DNA of 63,283 bases from Girardia tigrina (lineage: Eukaryota), in the NCBI GenBank assembly GCA_001938485.1, contig MQRK01168947.1, forward strand, positions 1-63,283, read 5' to 3'. This document shows, in pieces, positions 53,421 to 63,283 of the stretch. The number at the start of each line of letters is the position of its first letter. Position 1 is the first letter of the stretch. The position numbers and the translations under genes were made by a program. Below the pieces are notes generated by a model. That model had not been told where the DNA came from and did not search any database. It saw only the letters and a list, made by a program, of their open reading frames with translations.

Positions 53421-54089
53421 TTACAAAGAAGAACATAAACTCTTTTTCGTTTTTTACAAATAACATCCTCGTTGTAAATTATGTGATAAAAACATGAAAA
53501 TGTGACAATTAAGACCTTTTTTGCATTACGAGAAAGAAAATCAGTGAAAGAAATGATTATTTATTTAATAACTAAATTTAACAAATTATAAATAAAACGG
53601 GAAAATTTCATTTTTATTTTTTAACTCTTTATTTAAAATGTATTCCTTAAGAAAAAAATAATTGAAATTTTAAAAGCAATATTTTTATTATTTTTTAAAT
53701 TTATTAACAGCAAATTTTTGAAAATATTATATTTATATATATATATATATATAATAAAATCTTTTAGAGCAATTGAAGGAATCCTCGCAAATGCAAATGA
53801 TTGAAAGCTGTCGAAATCCTTCTTCAGACTTCCGTAACCAAATAATCCGAATCTTTACCCAAATTATAATTGTAATCTTTCCGTCATTTTTGACACAAAA
53901 TATAATATTTTCTTTTGAAAGCGAAATTGATAATTTTTATCATTCATACAGTCAATGTACAGAAATAGTTTTAATATCAGAAAGTATTAAAACATTGAAG
54001 AAGTAATTGTAAACAAATAATAAATTACGAAAACTTATTACATACACACAGATATATTATTATTATAAGTATTATTATTTTTTTTGAAA

Positions 54090-54295
54090 ATAAAAAGACG
54101 CCATTTGACAAAAAAATATTTCTATTGACAATTAATTTCGACGGTATAACTAGCATCGGTTTAACTAGCGACGGTATTGTAGCATTGCATTCATTACATG
54201 TAATTTTATATGCGAGATCCGAACACAATCCAAATGGAGTTGGAGATTTATTACAAAATATATTTTGAATTTTGTATGTTTGCGATATTATTTTT
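54090..54295 (-). mobile_element. Rearranged PLE remnant (GIY motif and degenerate hammerhead)
   Basis: SDLAYKITCNECNAT, then ataccgtcgaaattaattgtc and aaatggcgtc as in the 7.1-7.7 kb family. Confidence 0.7.
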
Positions 54296-55021
54296 TAAAT
54301 TTTATTTTTTAATTATCTGAATAATTACTATTATTATTATTACTACGCTCATTATTTCATATAGTATTAATAGATCAGTCATAATTCTTGCAGTCATTCC
54401 TAATTTTCTCTATATTTTATTTTATTTTATAATGATTTTCGTTTTAAACCTTTATGCTTTGGTCTTGTTCTGTTGAAATTGGTTAAATAATAACCTCACT
54501 GTCACATAGAATTCTTTTTCGTTTTTTTCATCACAGAAAACCTAATTAACTGCTTCTCTTGCTGGATTTCATATAACTTTTCATCTCCATGTTCTTGAAA
54601 TACAAACAATCTACTGGAGTTCATGAAAGGCAATCTTGGGATGATCTATTTTTCAGTTTTCAAATATAACTTTGAAAGCTTTTGAATATTGTTGACTTGT
54701 TAAAACAATTTTTATATGTTTATTTCCATCTTACGGCTTTTTAATTATTTCTTCTGTCTAATTATCGTTCCCCTACTTGATTCACTCCTTTATATTGTTG
54801 GAAGTAAATGTAATGGTCATAACTTATTTTGGATCTTAGAAGTTATTTAAACTTATTGTTTTCATTTTATGTAAGGATAATTATTTTTTAAAATAATAAA
54901 CATTGTTTAGAAGTTAATCGAGTTATAAAACTGGGCTCTAACACAGTATTAAACTCTTATCAAAATATATTAATGCTTATTATAAAAAAAATAATTTGAA
55001 CTACCTTTAATTAATTTTAAA

Positions 55022-55128
55022 TAGGGATGTACCAGAGCCGGATCTTGGATCCAGATATCCGGCTATCCGGCTGCTTTTCAAGATCCGGATCCGGCAGGAT
55101 TTGAAAAATTGGATTCGGTACATCTTTA
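55022..55128. mobile_element. hAT-type MITE
   Basis: TIR tagggatgtacc/ggtacatcttta, internal atccgg repeats, exact 8-bp TSD ATTTTAAA. Confidence 0.88.
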
Positions 55129-55150
55129 ATTTTAAATAAATAAATATATA

Positions 55151-56411
55151 CACCTGCCGCTAAAAGTTTAGCAAATTCATAAAAAAATCACTGATTTGCG
55201 AAAATTTACCTTCTATATAAGTATATTAACAGTATACTTAATGTTTTACATAATTACTGTATGTCAACCAATTATTGCAATGCTATTTTTAGATTTTTAA
55301 GAATTGAAGGTCACACGTATCGTATTCATTATTCATTTCAAGAAGGCTGAAAAAGCAGAGGTTACCAACCAAATCATAGCCCAAATTGTTGCTTCAATCA
55401 CTGTGGTTGGAAGCAAATGAATACTTCTCGTCTTGTGCGAATAAAGCAGTCGATTGTATCACGTACCTTGAAGAAAATCCGAAAACGTGGCAATTTTTCA
55501 TCAGCTATGCGATGTGGAAGGCCCAGTGTGATATCACCACAAACAGATAGAATGATACGGCGTGTGTTAACGGACGATCCAGTGTGGTCAGCCAAAGAAA
55601 TTGTAGAAGAATTACCAAATCCCTCATCTTTTTATACAAACCAACACAGCCTTCACAATGTTTTTGGTTTAATAGGGTGTAGACCAGGAAAAAAACCACT
55701 ACTCTCACAATAATATAAAGGACCGCATCGTTTTTTGTCAGAAGTTTGGCTCTTAGACGCTAGAAATGTAGATATTTTCATCTTGAAAAAAATAAACTCC
55801 ATAAGCTTACGTACACATTGATAACTGTTCAATATTTACATGGTATAATAATGTTTCAGTAAAATTGGGGCAGGAGATTAGTACTTCTTACCTAAGAACG
55901 AAACAATGAAGGTGACAAATTACAGCAGCGTCTGAAATTATCAATGGAATGCCTTGGTTGCAGTCATTTTCAGCACGATGGTGCACTTTGTCATAAGGCC
56001 AGAGTAGTCAAACTGGTTGAATGCTGAAGGTATCGAGCTGTTGTCGTAGCCAGGACAAAGCCCAGACCTAAATCCCATTGAAAATATTTGGATGAAAATG
56101 AAAAGCTGACTTTTAAAAGGGAAGTCTTCTAACGTGAACAATCTGATGGAGATCATCTAACCTAAAGATCACTCGAACTCTCTCATGTCTTTTGTAATGT
56201 AAATGTTCTGTCTGACAGTATGCTTTGTTGGATTCAAGAAATCTTGAAAAATAATGGACACCATTTAAAATACTGAATTCTGCTTGTTGTATTTCAATTA
56301 ATAAGTTGTACTTCATAAATTGTTCTTTGTCTGTTTTGTATTCTGATATATCTTCAGAATTTTGATATTTTTCATATTTGTCAAAATATGCTAAACTTTT
56401 GGCGGTAGCTA
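55151..56411 (+). mobile_element. Tc1 (DD34E-like) element, decayed
   Basis: TIR cacctgccgctaaaagtttagca / tgctaaacttttggcggtagcta. RCGRPSVIS, KKPLLS, FQHDGALCH, PGQSPDLNPIENIW. Confidence 0.9.
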
Positions 56412-56485
56412 TATATATATATATATATATATATANNNNNNNNNNNNNNNNNNNNNNNNNNNNNNNNNNNNNNNNNNNNNNNNNN

Positions 56486-56549
<64 letters not shown>

Positions 56550-57721
56550 CATAGATATAAATGTATGATATTTATCTTGTCTAATCCTATTATCAAAAAA
56601 CATTATTAATAACATATTTACATTTTTAACGAGCAAAATCCTGTTCTTTTTTCATCAGTGATCCGTCAGTCTTCAGGTTGCCCCTAAGACTTACCAATGG
56701 TAGCAGGGTCATGGCATTCATTGTGCATAAGCGATTTCTTATTTATGATTCATTTTATTTTTGCTTGGATCATTTCTTTATTTTTATTTTTCTCTCTCAA
56801 AAAAAGTATTTAATTTTAAATTCTGTAACAAAACAATTTTGTTTATTAACTTTTCCCAATTTCTTCAAAATTTTAAATCGTCAATAAATAAAAATCCTGA
56901 CCAACGATTCGAATCGTTAAGAAACATCAAATCGTCAGCAATAATTCAGGTCGTTAAAATCGATTTTAAGGTTTCAGATTAACGAATAATGTTTAAAATT
57001 TGCTTCAATTGTTTAAATATTGATTTTTTTGTTTATATTAGATTTATTGACTTATAGTAGGTAAAATACTATACATGACCTGATAAATAATTTAATTTAA
57101 ATTTTCAGATTTATAAGTTTATCTTTATATTAATATAGAAAAAAATATAAATATAAATAAAACACTTAAAATAAAATAATAACTATGTTATTATTAGCAG
57201 AAAGTGAATAACGAAAAATAGTTTGTTCGATCACGATAACAGGAATAAGAGCGGATAGAAATTAAAGTTACAAAGATAATTTATTTATTCGAATTTAGAA
57301 TTGTTTTCGAATGTCTGTGTAATGTTCTGAATTGGTTAATAAGAATCTGTAGAGTTGGAATTCGTTTCTTTCTTTATTCCTTTATAATAGAATTTCTTTT
57401 TTTGACAATGATTCGACTTGTAAGAGAAACGATAGTGGTGATATATATCTGTAGATAATTGGGATTTGATGAATACATAAGTAGATTACTGATTCTATAT
57501 TTCAATGTTACTTTCGGTAGGTATGGATCACGGATATGTAAAATAAAGGTAATGGAATCTGATATAAAAAAATTTACAGTATTCTATGCTGTATAATATA
57601 ATTTTTAGTATATAAATATTATAATGATTTTTTTTTAATTTTCTATTTTTAAATCAGCATAGTAACTATTTTCACAATGATAATTAATATAATTAATTTA
57701 CTATAAATAATTTTACATTAA

Positions 57722-57939
57722 CCCTTCGTAACATGGTGTCACAATTCTGTAACAAACCGTTGTAATTCTTACAGGATCTCTAACTATTAACATATCACAT
57801 TGTAAATCACTGTTGCATATCTGTTACACACCGATCTACACAACATCGGTGATTTATTAGTACCTACAGGTGGCGTTGGTGGTAGGATGTTTTTTTTAAT
57901 TTTCAGATAATGTTTTTTAAGGTATTGAGTTATGAAGGG
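57722..57939. mobile_element. piggyBac-type MITE
   Basis: TTAA-CCCTTCGTAAC ... GTTATGAAGGG-TTAA. Confidence 0.8.
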
Positions 57940-59199
57940 TTAATAATATGTAAATATAAATAAATGTAAGAATATAAATTTAAATACGGATATGCATATA
58001 CTAGTAATATATAAAACATGACATAAATATCATATACTAGATAAATAAAAAAGGGCACATGATAAATGAATAATAATAGTTTTTAACATAAATATAAATA
58101 TTCAAGGCATCAGTCTGATGGCGTCAACGAAACGTATAGGTCAACAGGTGAGACAGTCTGACAAAAATTATTTTGATTTGGAATTGTCAGAAAAAAAAAT
58201 AAAATAAAAATTTTTATTTAATTGTATTGGTAAAACACTGACGATACAGTAAGTTTTTATTTATTAAGCGTTATACGTCTTTCTGAAATTATAATCAAAT
58301 CTTAGTTTTTTGGTTCTAGTGTTCTTTTTACTATTATACACTACATATTATAATGTTAATAGACTTCTTAAACGTAAATGAGATACGTTTTCATAGAAAT
58401 ATTGATCAATTTAATCTGAAATAAAAATCAAGGACGATCGGATTTTAAATATGCATTCTTCTTAATTTATACTCCCTCAATCGCAACTATTGTCGTACTT
58501 TTTTGTGGTAGATGGTTATTTTTGTGCTACATTAAAGCTTTACGAATTTCGTCACAAAGTATTTTCCCATATACATATTTATTTCCATGTCTCTAACTTT
58601 TCTCATCCCTTTTCCAAAACATGGTTCATTTTAATTGTTAATAAATAGCCTCAAGTATTTATTTTTCATATTGTTCTTTTAAGTCTTTTCAAATACTGAA
58701 TTTTCTTGAAAACCTTTCATCAACAAAATTATCAAAAACTTAAATTAATAATTTAAATAATATTTTATATTATTATAAATAAATTTCAATTTAAATAAAT
58801 ACAAAGTTATTGAAAATTCTATTCCATATTTTAAAATGTAAACTGCATCTTTACAAAACACATTTTAACAATAAACACTTACAGTGTTTGCCATGTTATT
58901 TTGTATTTGCGACACTTCATTTCGTAATTACTACATTTCATTTTGAAAAGTATAAAAGTATAAATTTTATTAGTAAAAATCATTGTAAATTTGACACTTA
59001 TTTTGGAACGAAGGTAGTACTAGGCAATACAATAAAAATTGTTTCCAAATTATACAAAGTTTAATATTCTCAGGTAATCGTGATGACTGTAAAAGATGAA
59101 AAACGAAAAACGATAATTGAGTCATTCTTAAACAAAAATTCAAAGACTCAGACATCATCAATATTATATATCAAATATACGACTCTATTTTCTATCATT

Positions 59200-59900
59200 A
59201 AAGTATATTTAAATGAAAACAGAATAGATCAAAAATTAAAAGGTGGTTTATGAAAAAAAGAATCTTTAAGAAGAATTTATCGCTGCAATCCAAAGATGGA
59301 TGGGAGACGATTACGGGGTTACCTTACGAGAATTAAAAAATGTTTACAGACGGAATATGATTTTAATATATGCGAAGAAACTATTGAAAGATGCATTAAG
59401 CATTTTAACCACACATTACAAAGAGCGAAATTAATACGTGAAAGAAGAAATACTCAGCAAGCATTAAATCAATGAAAAGAATATGCTGAAAAATATTTTT
59501 CCATGCTTGCTGATATCGATGATACTAAAATATTTTCCTTGATGACGTCGAGTTTAATATCAGAATGAGAACTAGTAGAGGACAATCCTTCAGATGAAGT
59601 CCCGCTACTAAAACAGGTTCCTGGATTAAAATCAAGGAATATATATGTCTGCTGTGCTATGAGTCGTAATGGAATTCTTAAGTACAAAGTTCAAACACGA
59701 AGTTTTTATGCTCTTTTTCCGAATTTATCGATGATTTATTGGTGACGTTTTCAAAATTAAATATACAAAAGACCCTTGTTTTTCTGGATAATGTTCCATT
59801 CCATAAGAATTCAAGTACAAAAGAAAAATTTAGACAGTTAAATAGTGACCTGCTATTCCTTTCACCGTACTCACCATTTCTAAATTCCACTGAAAAAATA
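59200..59900 (+). mobile_element. IS630/Tc1-like transposase remnant
   Basis: DDVEFNI, FLDNVPFHK, LLFLSPYSPFLNSTE. Confidence 0.8.
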
Positions 59901-60372
59901 TATCAAATTTCTTTGAAATTGATGTGATTTTTATGTCTACTTTATTTACTGCTTTAAATGCATTGGGATTCCATGACCATATTGTTTCACTATATGTAAT
60001 CGAAGTCTCAAACGGTGAGTTATACATCTGTTCAACGGTCGGATCCTGTTTTTCATGTTACAAACCCGTTCATGAATGTGAACTCGGTTTAAATTGCAAC
60101 ATTTGTTAATTATACCTATAAAATACATAAGAATATCTTAAATCATTCCTATAGTTATTTGACAATCTTGTTGACCTTTTACTATAAACAAGATCTGTCT
60201 AGTAGCCTCAGATGAAAGCATCTAGAGATCTTGTTGTCTAAGGAATGGAACCAAACTTTTCTGAACCACTTGGTGGAAAACTAATATATAAATATTATGT
60301 ACCTCTTTATTGTCTAATGTGCCGGAGCTTCATTCTTCTTTAAAGTGGTTTGAGATATATTTTCTTTGAGAC

Positions 60373-61692
60373 TAAGGTGTGTCCACTAAAAAAGTGCACA
60401 GGTTTTAAAACCATCAGAACTTTTTAATTAGACCTTCAAATTGACGGAAATCTGAACAAAGACTAGATCATAATAACACAATAACTATTTTATTATATCA
60501 AACTATTAAGGCCATAAGAGTTAGCAAGCATTATTCTTTGTCTAAAATTTGCAAATAATGTCCTAACATATAAATTGTTAAACTGCTTTGCTTTAGTTTT
60601 GATTCTGCGAATCAACTGGTCTTCAGAATCAGCAATCCAACCCTTTTCATAAACCTTCTCCTTTAAATGAGCCCAAAACTTTTCAGTTGGGCGTATTTGG
60701 GGAGCACAAGGTGGATTCGAAGCTTTTTTGACAAATGAAATTTTCTTGTCCTCTAAGCACTTCAGACTTGCTTTGGCATAGTGACAAGAAGTAAGATCTG
60801 GCCAGAAGATGAAGTGACCAGCTGGGTATTTCTCATTCAGATAAGGAAGCAAACGCTTCGTTAAGCACTTGGAGATATAAGTATCCGAATTAGAAGCTAC
60901 AGATTTCCATTTCCTGATGTACAGGTTTGAAATGCCTCATCTGGAAACAGTTTCCCAAACCAAAACTTTTACTGTGAATTTCTCTCAAAATTTAAGGCGA
61001 ATATTATCAGGTACATCACCGAACTTCTTTTGGTCCACATAATAACCCGATGTCATTGCTCCGGTGAGTGTAAAATACTACTCATCATCAAGTACAAAGT
61101 CTGTTTTGGTCTTTTCCACAACAATTTTAGCGAGATTTTGCAACCTGGCTTTCTGGGGAATAATCTGTGTCGGAGTAACCTTTGGGGCTTCTTTCCTCTT
61201 TCGAAACACTATGTTATTAGTCTTGAACATCTTATGCACGTAAGACTTTGAAACATTCATTTCTCTACCTAACTTTCTCACACTTTGTCTAACAGTCAAA
61301 GTTGCACGCTGCAGAAGTCTCTTCCTTTTGTCTGACGTCATTTTAACAGGTTTCTTTCCACTTCCTACTTTTCTTTCAATGCTGCCGGTCTTCTCATAGC
61401 GTTGTAATATTGCATATATACCTCTTCTGGAAAAATGAATACCAGTAAACTTTGTCACAGTCTCATTTTTACTGTGCGTTTTGAAAAAAAATGATTATAT
61501 CTTCATGTCGTTTTGAAATCATTATAATTGTCTCTAAAATAAAACATATTAAACCAAAAATTTTAAATACCTGCTTTACTATTTCTAACCTATTAAAACA
61601 AATATTTAAATTCCAAATTTACGAAATTAAATAATATTACATTAAAAAGTTATGATGGTTTTAAAACTTGTGCACTTTTTTAGTGCACCTTA
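60373..61692 (-). mobile_element. Tc1-like DD37E (TRT-type) element, near full length
   Basis: TIRs of about 40 bp containing cactaaaaaagtgcaca.gttttaaaaccatca. VLDDE, FWPDLTSCHY, NPPCAPQIRPTE. Confidence 0.9.
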
Positions 61693-61749
61693 TAACAAAA
61701 ACTAATCAATTGTTTAACAAATCTTAGGAGTTAGCAGTGATTATTCTGT

Positions 61750-62784
61750 TGTCATTGGATAAGAATGGCTCAAAGTTTTTAAAACTCGAAATTTATTTTC
61801 AAATGTTAATGTTTGATTTAGAATGTACACGTATCACATTTTTATATCTTGATTGTTGGTCATATATGACCAATTTGACAATATATACTTCCATCCGAGA
61901 ACACTATGTTGTCCAAAGAATGTGAGTTGCATTTAAGTTTTTCATGTAACGTTTCACACAGTAATTTTGACTGATTTACCTTTTTAAATAGTATTTTTAT
62001 TTCTATAGTATGGCTATTTGTTATTTTATGGTAATAATTTAGGAATTTTTCTTAATATCGTTAAAATTGATGTAAGGAACTTTGATTTTGTGTGATAATC
62101 TTCTTATGCTGATCTCTTAAGTACTACATCCCCATAATTGTGCTTCCCTAATGTGTAAGATTATTTTTTTTCATACAGAGTAGCAGTTTTAACAAGTTCT
62201 GCAGTTGGATACATTTTGAAAAATAAAATTACGTTAAGTTTTCGGTATCGCAAATTTCATGCTTCGCTTGTCTCCTCTGAACCAACCTTCTTTTTACAGC
62301 AGTAACAACTAAAGTGTGGAGATCAGTATTTGCCTTGGTCTCCAACTGGCATACCAAAGTAAATATTATATGCTGTATTAAGATCTTCGGAAACTTTTTA
62401 ATTAAAGCTAAAAAATGAAATACATTTGAAATTAATTTAAAGTATATTTTTAAAGTATATTTTGAGGTATATTTTTATATTTATTTTGTACTACTGTACA
62501 TGCAGTATAAAATTAATTCAAAACATAACACGTGAATATCTGTGTGACTATTATCGAGCAGAAAATTAAATATAACTTCCAGTGCTGGACTATTCAGGAA
62601 GTTTTAAAAACTAGATTTTTGTGTACAGACTTTTGCACTTTACTGTATACGAAATCGTACACCGTACTGAAAAAAAACAAACTTTTTACTCCAAAAATGA
62701 TTGTTACTAATCGCATTCTACCAGAACAACATGGAAATAACATTCATTTGTTGAACACAAAAACAATATTATTTGTTGTCTAGT
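61750..62784 (-). mobile_element. Chapaev3-like (CMC) transposon, 5' part, decayed
   Basis: YFGMPVGDQGKY*SPHFSCYCC...GWFRGDKRSMKFAIP; terminus CACTAGACAACAA. Family assignment is from recall. Confidence 0.68.
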
Positions 62785-63283
62785 GTAATCAAAAATGAAA
62801 CACTTTAAAAAATTTTATATAATAATTGTTCTTGTGGTAAAATAAGTTTCGTTTATCATTATTAATAACGATACAATTTATATTTAAAATATGCAAGAGA
62901 GTTCTGAATCACTTTGCAATTTATAATTTAATAAATTTAGAATTTTATTTACCTTCTTATTTATTGATTTTTTTATATTTTACAAAATCTAAGATACAAT
63001 TATTAAATATTATATGTTGCCGGAAATAATTAAAACAGTTTTCATTTTAATTTTTATTTTTAAATTATTTTTACTGTCACACGTTCACATTTTTACATTC
63101 TAAATATCTGAGTAGTAGAATGCTCAAAGTTGATCTGTTAAATGGAATTTACTTGAACTCATTTAATTTTGAAAAGATCAACTTTCACTACAGCGACAGA
63201 CGCCATCATAATTTACAATTGCATAAGGACCAATATATTTGTGACATCTTTTACTCAATCCAGTAGAAATAGTTCGATATTGA

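Noticed and set aside
58105-58150. CTGATGG...GAAAC hammerhead-like string, or a micro-exon ending at gtgaga
   Set aside because: Core mismatch and no stems I/III; exon support too weak without transcripts.
63150-63260. Gypsy integrase GPY motif (KYIGPYAI, minus strand)
   Set aside because: A single short motif at the window edge; not enough to call.

Overview
AT-rich eukaryotic scaffold with N-gaps. It is most likely a triclad flatworm (planarian), an inference from the 18S fragment and the repeat spectrum. The window is almost entirely intron of one + strand Ig-superfamily type I membrane protein gene (Kirre/NEPH-like). I can reconstruct five phase-compatible exons: 2290-2559, 13232-13379, 37077-37225, 39952-40092 (TM) and 51133-51272. 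The introns are full of decayed transposons: several Tc1/mariner lineages, hAT, MULE, Chapaev3-like, MITEs, Gypsy, RLE-type and RTE LINE pieces, and many Penelope-like elements (PLEs) with minimal hammerhead ribozymes in inverted pairs. Best leads: (1) a 5S rRNA-headed SINE whose body matches an RTE LINE 5' UTR found elsewhere in this window; (2) an intact, GC3-rich, apparently foreign PSMB1 terminal exon; (3) a C2H2-zinc-finger/GIY-YIG chimeric retroelement present twice; (4) head-to-head hammerhead palindromes; (5) an unassigned dispersed module with 8 copies. All alignments and counts were done by eye, and boundaries of decayed elements are approximate.
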